Shown here piece by piece: positions 14,735 to 26,200 of a stretch of DNA of 64,000 bases. The position numbers were made by a program, and so were the translations under genes. Source of the DNA: Bugula neritina (taxonomy: Eukaryota > Animalia > Bryozoa); NCBI GenBank assembly GCA_964035545.1, contig OZ037766.1, positions 6,066,722 through 6,130,721 on the forward strand. Reading direction: 5' to 3'. The first letter of the stretch is position 1; the number at the start of each line of letters is the position of its first letter. The notes beneath the pieces were generated by a model. The model was given only the letters and a program-made list of their open reading frames with translations. It searched no databases and was not told the DNA's origin.

Positions 14735-15653
14735 CCTTTATAAGTATCACATCAAAAAATTTATTTTATTATACATCCTAACTGAAACATTTTACAGCAA
14801 ATAGGACACACAATTTAACAGAGTTTCAAGTTTTTCATATATTATATAGCTATATTTCCTTTTAACTATAGCATGGTAAAATTTAGCTATAATAAACAGC
14901 ATCATGACCAACATATAGTTTCTCTAGTATCAGCATCAACAGACTGATAGCTATCTGATCTTAAGCAGCAATAATCCATCAGTTATAAATATAGCTTCTA
15001 TTTGAGAGTTTCATTGAAAATGCCTCAGTTGATTATGAATAAATAACTTAGAACTTTGTTAGGTTATCACAAAACTTCACCAATGAGAAAAATACCCTGT
15101 TGGCTGTTACCTTTGCTATCTAACTTAAAGTTAATCAACAATCTTATTTTATTATTACTACATTTTCGCTGATTTCATAGCTGTTCATTCTCATAGATGG
15201 ACTTTAATGAGCTACCGAATATTAGTGCCAAATCTTAGAAGTAATTGACTAATTCAATTAAAATTTGGAGTCTAATTGATTAGATTAAAGAAACCATCAT
15301 ACTCTCTACTCCTTACCTTTTTTTTCAGTGCCTCTGATAATAGCTTTGTTGAAAATTCAGATGTTAAAAGAGAATATCACTCAACTTTGAATTAAAACCT
15401 GTAACTTTCTATTTCAATTAGTAGCCACGTGAATATTTATAGAGCAGTGGCACCGTTCACCTTTTGTGAATAAATGAAGTGCTTCACTTATATTGATAGC
15501 TACTTTATCAAATGTCCCAATCTATGCATGATTTCATTGGCTATTCGGAAGAGGGGTGTGTCTGAAATTTGATGATATGCAAACAGAGGCAGGCTTTCTT
15601 CTTCACAAGCCATCATTCTATTATGCAATAATTGTTCTGATATATGCAGCAAC

Positions 15654-16221
15654 TGAGGGGGGGGGGTGACTCTTGCTTGAAAGGGGTGGATTTGCAGAAA
15701 TTCAGCAATATTCAAGGGAGCATCACAAAATTTTAAATATTCAATTATTTGAACAACTTTAGTTTTAATAGTTGATATATTATTTTCTGAGATTGTTGTA
15801 CACCCATGAAATTTGCTTTAGCAAAATTTTTTGATTTACAGTTGACAGATGAATGGAGCCTATGGTATAACGCATTGCTATTTTTATTCTCCAAATCGAA
15901 ACTTTTTGTTTTAGCATTTATAATGTCAATTTTGTATACAATTTTTAGTGTTTTAATAGTTCTCTAATTTTTCTGCCTTTTTCTACAATCCTGAAAATTG
16001 CAAACAAAAATTGGAATTACCTCATCTATTCAAAAATGCATTTTGTATAATGTCTTCGTTTTTTATCAAGTCCTTCTAGTATAAAATTAAAACTTAATCT
16101 GTTTTATTAGCTGATAGGTAATTTTATTAGCTGGTGGGTCATTTTCAAGTAATGATCAGAGCAGATACGCACGAACCCGAAACCCCTGCAAATCCACCCC
16201 TTTCAAGTAAAGCCCCCCTCA
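15654..16221. mobile_element. Non-autonomous TIR element (~570 bp) upstream of paralog 3
   Basis: Left TGAGGGGG...CTTGAAAGGGGTGGATTTGCAG is the inverted copy of right CTGCAAATCCACCCCTTTCAAG...CCCCCCTCA. AT-rich interior, no ORF, TSD not resolved. Confidence 0.6.
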
Positions 16222-17466
16222 CAGGTAAAAGGTTACTTGCATATTGGGATTTAATAGAATGTAGGCTGCTTGATGATATATAGCGCCGAAGGTTAATGTT
16301 ATTGTGTTCCATCTGCCCATATCTCATATAGGCACCCTCACTAGAATGTCAAAGTAGTCCAAAACGCAGGCCTACAACCATATATGGCTGAGACGCGTAG
16401 GTTTAACTTGAATTAAAGATGAATCAACGATAAAAATTCACTATAAATATTTTTTCCTGGGGAGAGGAGATGTACCTTAGCTCTTTAAATTCAGGTAATT
16501 GGTTTCTAAGCATTTGCAGTGTCAATATTTGCCCTTCAAGTATTGCCGCCACTATTTAGATGTGTGGCTTCTAACTAAGTTAATTGTATTCACCAAATTC
16601 TGCTTTAATTGTTTAAACTCTCTATATCTTTGCACAAGCCTCTAATGTCTCTCAAAGTGGTCTGCTTAAACTACAGGAGCAGTGATCACTATTTGTCTTG
16701 CCAGGATTCAAACCCCATGACCTAGCAAATCTTATACTACACTCACTCTAACAGTGGTTGCTTTTCTGTATTCATCTAGATTCTAGTAACCATACCAGAT
16801 TAAACATTGCTTTTTTATGGATCGAACCGGGATTGATTAATTCCTTTATATTGCTTCGAATAGTACAGTAGTACAATCTTAAAATATTTGCCAGTTTAAC
16901 AAGTCTATAGTTAGAGGAAAGCTATCAACCATATGTGACAAAAAGTTAAAAATAACTCAGAATAAATGCTAGCAACACTTAGTCTAACTCGAGTATAGTT
17001 TTGTTTTATAAATAACTATTATATTTGTCAAAAGTTGGCTGTATTTAAAATATTGTTAAACGGAAGAACAATTCATTTGGAGAGCATACTGAAGGAATGC
17101 AAAAATAATATAACTTACTGTAATATATAAAAACATGAGCTTTTTTCAGTTTGTTTACTATATTATACCTGCTACATTATAATATTATGAAAAAATGTAA
17201 AGTGTTAAATATTTTAGTAGAAAACAGCTCTAAGGCATTGTTCATATATCAGGATAAAAGTTAAAACTACTGGTGGTGGTTCAAAATTGAAAAATGTAAA
17301 AAACATGAAAAATAGTTACCAACTAATGATAGCTGTCAGAAACAGCTGACTAGCTCATGATACTCATACCTTAGATACAATCTGAGGTAATTCTTGGAAC
17401 AAAGCATTACATGTTATAATATAATCATAATCTCCAGTATAGTGTAGCTCTTCTGTGGGCACAAAC

Positions 17467-20400
17467 TTAATAATATTTTCTTTTGTTATAGGGAAGATTT
17501 TCGGAGAAGGATCTTTGCCTACGGCACTGCAAATGAAATACACTTCAAAAATATAATATTTATCAACAATACGCCCCCCCCCACCGAGATTGACAGGAGA
17601 TAACTCCTCGTTTTCCAGGCACTGACTCAATTGTCATAAAAATTCTATAGGCTGTTTTGGTCCTTTATTTTTAACACAGATGCCTGGATAGAACATACCT
17701 ATAAATCTATGTCTATATATTATACTTACAGAGCACAGACCAAAGTACCATGGCTAAAACTAATGTTTCAACCAAAGCATAATATTTAAAGAGTGAGTGA
17801 ACTCAAGCATTATTTGCTCATTTTTAGCATTAGAGACAAACAACCATGCAGCCATTATTTGTTCAATGCTTCAGCAACTTTATAAGGAATATAATTAGTT
17901 TGTTTAATTCATAGGTTTTTAATGAACTAATTATGTACTATAGTTGATTACCTCTTTAGCTTTCTTTCTAGCCTCTTCAGCAGTTCGTGGAAGTAGTAGG
18001 GTGTTGTCAAAAGCAATCTCTGAAAAAACGTCATGCTTCTCATCATTGGGCTCATCATCAGTGTCTAAAATTTATAATAATGTATAATGCATTGTAGTAC
18101 AATACCCTACGTAGAATATAATACTTGCAAATTGTAATATAGTATCAAAATATTACAGAACAAAAGATGAATTTTTTCAAAACAATGTTTATGATCATAT
18201 ATTTACAAAATATCCAATTGTTCAACATTAGCATTTTTTACTATTGCTCATATGAGCATAATTACAATATAATTGTAATATGTTGATAACTATTTTAAGC
18301 TTTGACTTTTTTATAATAAAAAGTTTATGACAGCATTAAAAAAGTTTTCATGTGTAGCGCTCAGCTAAATCAATTACAGGGCCTCTAATTTTGAAATAAT
18401 TGCTTTCTGTTATATATAGCACAATTTTGTTTAAGTTCAAAATATCTTTTACAATATACCTATGTATGTATATGCAAACTAAAGTTTTTTATATGGAACT
18501 TGTGTTAAATGAAAAAGATTGCAAAAAAATTATGTTTTTGAGAGATCATACTAAACTCACACTCTAAACAAAATATTAAATAAAACATAATCAACAAGAA
18601 TATAAGTTATTAGAAGTCATCCGCAGCTGTAGCTATATATAAATAAATTTCTAATAATGGCTATATAGCTTCTACTCACCAGTGGCATATGCACTCAGGT
18701 GCTCCGACAAGGACTCCCTCACACTTTTTCCTTCTAATTCTGAGAATTTATGTCTATAAGCAACACCCCCAGTGGCCAGTATCTCACATTCTTTTACTAA
18801 AATATTGTTTATGACAATCAAATATGCAATTAATAATTACTAATTAAATTATTACAAAATAGGATTATGGTCATGCACAGTAGTGCTTTACTATAAGTGT
18901 AGAAAGACAACTTCACTGCAAATATAACCCACCGTCAACAAAATCTAATATAGCGCGATACAATATGCAACCAATAATAGCTAAATTCTAAATCTCCTAA
19001 AAGCCAACAAGCATAATTATTGAGAATAATGGTGAATTTTGTTTTGCCCAGCATAATTAAAACAGGGACCAATATATTGTGCAAGTTTTCCACTAGCAAC
19101 AAATAACATCCTGTTTCGGCCACTTGCATGTTTGCAGGCAGCCTGTTGACATGACCCGCTATTATGTAAAAATTACGATCAGACTGGTATTGGTTACTTT
19201 CAGCACTAATATTTGCTTGATATACAGTATACTAAATCGCTGCGTTTCCATGACTGCTGCCCATTATTCTAATAAAAGCCCCCCCCCCCCAAGGATTAAT
19301 TGTGGTTTGTGGTTTGCATTAATTTATAGTTGTGGTTTTATTCCACGTAACTATAATATTTTCATTAGCCTAATGAAAATATTATACATTTACATAATGG
19401 AACGTAAAGATATACCGTGCTCATTACTAGATTTCAAAAATATAAAACAGGAGGTACTTGACTCACAGCCAGCCTCACCACTAGTTGCTCTAGGGTGAAC
19501 CCTATAACTGGGGAATAGTAAAATACTCATGCCCACCCTTGGCGATGAGGGGGTAACACCATATTCTCCTGTACTGTACAGAGAACCCTTGTGTAGAGTG
19601 ATGATATTGTAGCCCTTATATACTCGCTGCTTAATATAAGCATACCTTACATACAGTATGATCAAAGAGTACTTATATCCTTTAGATACACTTAGCCATG
19701 TTTAAAGAGTATAACATACTTTACTTACTCTCACCATCCGTAATTCGTTTTGCTGACAGGCCAGTTTCATTGATGCGTCTTATGGCTTGCTGCCTCGAAG
19801 GCTTTCCAGGCTCAGCTGGAAGATACATTGTAAAACTCTATAATTATATTTCAATTAGTACATTTAAATCATTTTAAAGGTTTATAGAACTAATTTAATT
19901 TAACTAATTTAACATTGTAATTTAAAATTATTAATATGAAAATTCAACTTAGCTCACAACCCTTCATATTGCTAAACACAGTTTCAAGTCTTGACTTCAT
20001 TGTCGAACAAAAAATAAAAAATGCATGTGTGGCATGTCACCGTGGTAATAATTATAGAGGCTTCCTCCATAGGATAAATCGCCCGCTGGCTAAAATTTAA
20101 ACTCCAGTGATGTAAAGCTGTTTTAATTTTGTTGTTTGAAAATAAACCCTATTGATGATAATCTAGCCTCACTTTCAAAGCAAGCGTGCAGCATACTTTC
20201 TAATGAGTGATTCATACCATTACGAGTTTCTTATTTATGGACCATGCTAATTTTAGCAGTTGACTTAATATTAATTTTTACTAGTTTTTTCCTACAATAT
20301 ATTATAGTTATAAGTCACACAACTTTTAAACCTGTCAACATTATTATTTATAAACCATCTTACATTTCTCAGCATCAGTCTCAGGCTTAGCTGAAGGTGC

Positions 20401-21709
20401 TGAGCATTCATCTTCTTGTTTTATGGTGGCTTTATGGGCCTGCCCATTTAGAGATAGAGAGTCACAGCTGGGAACCAAGGCATACTCATAGCCATGCTGT
20501 TTAACTGTAATACAACACAGCAAGTCATGACTACTAGGTGAATGATTACTAACTAAGAAAACACGGTGTTACTGCGACTATTGTTATAACAAACAAACAG
20601 TATAATTCAGATAAATATTTCCTTTGCTAGATAAGCGGTGTGGTGATAATGGTGCTATCCATATACCTTGGTTATTGAATCTATGAGACTGTCTCAGTCT
20701 AATAGCTGATACCACAGCAATAAAGCAGACAACTATGAGCAATACTGCCAATAGCGATGCCACCACTATCAGCAACATCTTGATTTCATTCTGTTTAATC
20801 GGATCCAAATACAGCCTGTGGGATGTTTCAGCTGGTAGGTCTGAGACCGTAGGGCTTCCGGTAGTAGCAGTGGTTGTAGCAGTAGCAGTAGTTGTAGGGG
20901 GCACTCGACATTTCTCCCTATATTCTGCACATTTTACCAAATAGTAATTTTATGACAACACATAGGGAAAGAGTACTATACAGTGAAACGAAAGACATTA
21001 TATTAATGATGTTTACAACATGCATACATACAAACATACATACACTACATACATACATACCTAGACATACTAAAGTATAGTATGATGCCAGAAATAAAAC
21101 ACTCTATAGAAGTGTACATAAATATGACTCAGATTGTCATAACAACTGCAAACTATTTTTTTAGTTCCTAAAATAATTCTGAAATTTACATAGCCAATTC
21201 AAAACTTCAAAGTTTTGAATACTTTGTTAAATTTTCTGGCTTTACTGGGCAATTTTTTCTATCAAAACTTCTGGATTTAAACAGATAGCACGACATGTGC
21301 TATCGTTTCAAGCAAAAAATCATTTTGAATCAGTAGTGGTGAGTTTGACTTACATTTAACCGACTGTGGTCTGCGAAATTGAGTATCTCAGCTATAGTTC
21401 CTTACCTACACAGTATTCATCGCTACACCAAGTAGATGGGAATTTGCTGCAACTTTCTTTACAGGACACATAGCCTAACGCCACTTCAGCACAATTGTAC
21501 TTGAAATTGGGATAATCTTGAAGTAGTTCATCATTACACTCCCAGTTTTCCCATTTGCATTCCACAGGATCCTCATAAACAGTCGTAGTAGATGGATTAA
21601 CAAGCCCAGGAACCTGCACTGCAACCTCCCGGGAGTCATTGTTGCTGAAGTAATTGCCTGCACATAGTGACAGGATGCACACACCGAAGCAGGGTTTGAC
21701 TCGAGTCAT
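17467..21709 (-). CDS. Cys-rich type I membrane receptor-like gene, paralog 4 (5'UTR separated from the CDS by the Gypsy insertion)
   Basis: Native ATG 21709-21707. Exons: 21709-21406 (signal peptide + CRD ...VSCKESCSKFPSTWCSDEYCV), 20924-20667 (EYREKC, Thr-rich stalk, TM MLLIVVASLLAVLLIVVCFIAVVSAI), 20504-20364, 19815-19735, unresolved micro-exon(s) ~19570-19467, 18753-18680, 18064-17952, 17526-17467 (CRRQRSFSENLPYNKRKYY*). The acceptor of the ATG-containing exon (29086-29087) and an upstream donor (29229-29230) lie beyond the retrotransposon. Confidence 0.75.
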
Positions 21710-21711
21710 AT

Positions 21712-22278
21712 TGTGATAGATTCTCATCCTCTACTGTTCTCAAGTAACTGCGTGTGTCAGTATTATAATTACTGTTGCGTATATTTTGAATGCTGTAATT
21801 GTAGCTAAGTTGCACTAGCTTTCTAATGCCTTGTTATTGTGATTAAGCTTTCAGTATAATGTAATTTTTATTAAATACGCATTTCCAGAGTTATTTTCCC
21901 TTTTTGCTATTTCATCGTTTTGCATTAATACTGATACTGGAAATTTGTGTAGCTTTTATGAATGCCTTCAATAGGTTGTTATTATAGCTAAATTCTTGGC
22001 CTATTGAATTATTCATTCTCCTTTGTCTATTTTTCTTTTGTTACTGTCAAGCTTAACTTTCTTTTGTCTGTTGGAACATTCTAGATGTGAATTCTTGTGT
22101 ATAAAAGCAGGCGAGTTTCCAGTGTAGCTTCAGACTACTACTGGAGCTCGCTGGTAGTAGGACCACATGAGCTGTATCTGATACAATAAAGGTTATCCTC
22201 ATTTGTACTCAAATACTTGGCTTATTCTTTCTAGAGCATGTAGGCACTAGTTGCATTCAGAACCCACAGTTTACTACA
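21712..22278 (+). repeat. 5' LTR (567 bp)
   Basis: TGTGATAG...TACTACA; TATAAAAG at 22100-22107; AATAAA at 22185-22190. No difference from the 3' LTR seen by eye. Confidence 0.97.
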
Positions 22279-22279
22279 T

Positions 22280-22297
22280 TGGTGGCAGCAGTGGGAT
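22280..22297 (+). promoter_or_regulatory. Primer-binding site, complementary to the tRNA-Leu 3' end
   Basis: TGGTGGCAGCAGTGGGAT, 1 nt after the LTR. Its reverse complement ATCCCACTGCTGCCACCA resembles the eukaryotic tRNA-Leu(AAG/TAG) 3' end plus CCA. Confidence 0.8.
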
Positions 22298-22328
22298 TTT
22301 CGAATAACTAGTTGCCGAGCGGCGCGCA

Positions 22329-23234
22329 ATGGCCCCAGGGGACTCAGCCCCTGAGGCAGCAACACCACCAGCCCTCACTGTTGAGGCGCTGGTCACAGCC
22401 CTCCAGAGATTGCGGGGTCAAGGACAGGCATCACCTGGTGACAGGTATCGCCTCCAGCCCCCGAATTTCGGAGGAGAAGGAGACGTAGAGCAATTCATCA
22501 GGGAGTTCCAGGATGTGGCCACCATCGCTGAATGGCCAGTACGGGTGCGCATCCTCCAACTCCGGGCCTGTCTGACAGGCCGGGCCAAGAGCTTCGCTCT
22601 TGGGCCTGATGAAGAGCACATCATGCGGGCTCTCAGAGCCCGGTTTGGCCTAACAGCCGAAGAAGCAGCTGATCATTTGCAGATAATGAGGAGGGACCGG
22701 AGGACTCCTCTGGAAGATCACGCTAACGAGGTAGAGCGCCTGGCTCAGGCTGCTTTCGGTCAAGCCACTGGCGACGCCCGGAAGCGCCTCGTTTATAACG
22801 CGTTCTTCCGGAGCGTTAATCACCCGGACCTGCAGCGATACTGGCTGGCCGCCAAGGTCAACAGTATAGAAGAAGCACTGGAAATGGGGAAGGCTTACTT
22901 CCAGGTGGAAGAGCCTAGGCGACCGAGCTATACAGCCCGCCAAGTGGTCGAGGAGCATGAGGAGACCACCCCACTTCCAACTCCACAGGTAGCAGCAGCT
23001 GCAACTAAATCACCCGAGCAGATGCAGCTCACCATGTTAATGGACATGATGAAAGGCCTGCAGGCTACGGTGACGAAGTTGCAGAGCGAACAGGCGGATA
23101 GGCGGGCTCCCCGATCACGGGACAACCCTGTCCGCCCATCTCTGCTAACCTGTTGGGGGTGCGGGGCGCAAGGGCACGTGAGGAGGCACTGCCCTAGAGG
23201 CCAAGGGCCTTTAAACACCCAAGGCTCACGGTAA
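22329..23234 (+). CDS. gag: Gag (capsid + CCHC zinc knuckle)
   Basis: 301-aa ORF just after the PBS; capsid-like P..F.G.GDVEQFIREF...; zinc knuckle CWGCGAQGHVRRHC. Confidence 0.93.
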   Translation: MAPGDSAPEAATPPALTVEALVTALQRLRGQGQASPGDRYRLQPPNFGGEGDVEQFIREFQDVATIAEWPVRVRILQLRACLTGRAKSFALGPDEEHIMRALRARFGLTAEEAADHLQIMRRDRRTPLEDHANEVERLAQAAFGQATGDARKRLVYNAFFRSVNHPDLQRYWLAAKVNSIEEALEMGKAYFQVEEPRRPSYTARQVVEEHEETTPLPTPQVAAAATKSPEQMQLTMLMDMMKGLQATVTKLQSEQADRRAPRSRDNPVRPSLLTCWGCGAQGHVRRHCPRGQGPLNTQGSR

Positions 23235-23254
23235 CTTCCGCCAACCGTGGGCCT
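23210..23254 (+). promoter_or_regulatory. -1 programmed ribosomal frameshift signal
   Basis: Correctly phased slippery heptamer T TTA AAC (23210-23216), 5-nt spacer, 11-bp stem AGGCTCACGGT/ACCGTGGGCCT (23222-23232 with 23244-23254, one G-U pair). The pol frame is -1 relative to gag and open from this point. Confidence 0.85.
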
Positions 23255-26200
23255 CACGCCAATCCCATCCGGGATAGGACTCGGAGAGGAGAAGAAGAGA
23301 CCTCCACAGGGTCTGCCGATACCGAGTGGCAGAGGCCACGGAGATCTCGGAGACCGCAAGGTCTACCCGATCCTCCGGCCGTGCCACTCGAGACCCGGAT
23401 GCAGCTAGAAGAAGCAGGATGGCAGGCACCTCGGAGATCTCGGAGACCGCAAGGTCTGCCCGATCCTCCGGCCTGGCCACTCCAGAACCGGTTCGCGGGG
23501 TTGCCCGAGGAGGTTGTGGAGGAGGATTCAGCTTACTCGCAAGAGTACCCCAAGCTACCCTCCCGACCTCAGAAAACCCCCGTTGTCTCTAAGACGAAGA
23601 GGAGGCCCGCTGTGCGGACCCAAGTTGTGTCTCCCCCAGAGACTGACCGCTCCAGGAGCACCCAGCCGTATGGAAGCAGCTACTTCCTACCCGGAAAGAT
23701 TTCGGGTAAAGCTGCCACATTCCTACTGGATACTGGGTGCACTACCAACCTGCTGAGTAGGCGTCTCTTTGACACTCTTGGTGCACGAGAGCGGGCGAGC
23801 CTCGAGCCGTATGAAGGTGCGCATGGTACGTTGGCGGACGGATCATGCATTCCTTTCTACGGCGTCATTTCACTACCTGGACGCGTCCGTGATCAAGCAA
23901 TTCACGAGACGTTCATAGTCAGCCAGCTGAAGGAGGACGCCATCCTGGGAATGCCGTTTCTGGAGAAACACCAGTGTCACATGGATTTCCAGAAGTCAGT
24001 GGTGGTGATGGCTGGGAAGGAACTTGTCTGCGTCGACAAGTTCGGAAGGCCCTTGGTGGGCGGAGTCCAGGTAGTGCGGGACTGCACGGTTCCGGGGAGA
24101 TCCCAGGCGACTCTTCGCTGCAGAGTCAACTGCAAGGGGATCGCCGACCTGGGGGTGGTTGAGGGAACGCACGGAGCGATCCGACTAGCAAACAGCCTAA
24201 ATCGGCTAGATTGTCGGCAGGAGCTCCTCGTGCAGTGCATCAACCCCTTCACGGAACCTGTCCGATTATCGGCTGGAGCGCTGGTGGGGAAGTACCACTC
24301 CATCCAGGAAGCGGATGTGGGTCCAGCACTGGAGACAGTGGCCGACACCCAGGGGAACCCCCCTCACACCAGACGAGGAGCAGTCCCGGAGCATATGGCT
24401 GACCTGTATGATGGAGCGTGTGGAAACTGTACAAGTAGTACTGAACGCCAAGTACTGGCTCAACTACTTGCGGAGTACAGTGATGTCTTCAGTCGTGGCG
24501 ATAGAGACATGGGGCTGACCAAGGTCATCTCCCACGAGATACCCCTGGCAGCCGGCACCACTCCCATCAGGCAGCCTACCCGGCGTCTAGGCCCGGAGAA
24601 GGAGAAGGAGGTGAGCCGACAGGTACAGGATCTTCTCGACCGGGATCTGATTGAGCCTGCCCACGGTGCGTGGAGCTCTCCAGTAGTCCTGGTCAAGAAG
24701 AAGGATGGTAGCTGGAGATTCTGCGTGGACTACCGCAGACTCAACAGCGTTACCATCCAGGATGCCTACCCTCTCCCACGGATAGATGAGTCTCTGGATG
24801 CCCTCGCGGGTAGCAAGTACTTCAGTACTTTGGATCTGCTTAGCGGGTACTGGCAAGTACCCCTCAGTCCTGATGCCCAGGACAAAGCAGCGTTCATCAC
24901 CCGCGACGGGCTCTGGAAGTGGAAAGTACTGCCATTTGGACTAACGTCCGCTCCGGCAACTTTCCAACGGCTCATGGAGCAGGTCCTCAGTGGGTTACAC
25001 TGGAAGACCCTCCTCATCTATCTGGACGACGTCATTGTCATCTCCCCAGACTTCTCGACTCATGTCAGTCGTCTGCGGGAGGTCTTTGACCGTCTCCGGG
25101 CAGCTGGACTGAAGCTGAAGCCCTCCAAGTGTGCACTCCTGCAGCCGGAAGTCACGTACCTGGGCCATGTGGTTGGCCGTGATGGGGTCGCTACCGACCC
25201 GGAGAAGGTACAGGCTGTGAAGGAGTGGACTGTCCCCCGTGACCTCCCTGAGTTGCGCGCGTTCCTGGGCCTAGTAGGGTACTACCGGCAGTACATACCT
25301 GGCTTCGCAGGAGTGGCTCAGCCGTTGAATCGGCTGACCGCAAAGGGGGTCCGGTGGCAGTGGACACAGGAGGAGCAGCAGGCATTCGACCACCTCAAGC
25401 AGCGGCTAATGGAGGCGCCAATTCTGGCGTATCCTGATCCAGCCCAAGAGTACATCCTGGACACCGATGCCAGCGAACACAGCGTGGGAGCTGTCCTGTC
25501 TCAAGTCCAGGGTGGAAGTGAGGTGGTCGTGGCTTACTACAGCAAGACTCTCGCGGCTGCCGAGAAGAACTACTGCACCACTAGGAAGGAACTCCTAGCA
25601 GTAGTCAAGGCGGTCAAGCACTTTCGGCCATATCTGTATGGGAGAACGTTCCGTTTGCGAACAGACCATGCATCACTGATATGGCTGTGTAAACGTGCGG
25701 AGCCCTCGAGCCAGGTGGCTCGTTGGCTAGAGATTCTTGCCGAGTTCTCTTACCGGATAGAGCACCGTGCTGGCCGGAAGCACGGGAACGCCGACGGCAT
25801 GAGCCGCCGGCCGGTAGAGGACTGTAAGCAATGCCTGCACATTGAGAAGCGGGACGGGGGACCCGCTCGCCTTGACGTGGAAACAGAGTTAGGGGAGGGC
25901 GCCGTCTATCGGTGGGAGCACGGCCATCTTCGGACCGAAACCCACTCAGACGACGTCCAGGCGCTTCACGCCAACCCCACTCTGTACCAGAATGTCAAGG
26001 AGCTGTGCCGACTCCAGGAGACGCTACCCGGCGCGGTAGCGGACATTTTCCGGGCCAAGAAGGAGGGCCGACGACCTAGCGAGGAACAGCAGCGGCAGGG
26101 AGACGTTGAGTTCCAACTCCTCTGTCGTCGCTGGGATGCCCTCAAGGTCAGTCCTGATGGCCTCCTGATGATAACGTTAGCAGCAGACAACCGTCAGCAG

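Noticed and set aside
14281-14781. 166-aa plus-strand ORF
   Set aside because: Antisense shadow of paralog 3 exons; non-ATG start and no recognisable features.
17364-17630. 88-aa ORF as a separate gene
   Set aside because: Overlaps the terminal exon of paralog 4, which is read in another frame (CRRQRSFSE...*).
21710-21727. MRIYHN as the native N-terminus of paralog 4
   Set aside because: These codons come from the LTR end and TSD; the native start is the ATG at 21709.
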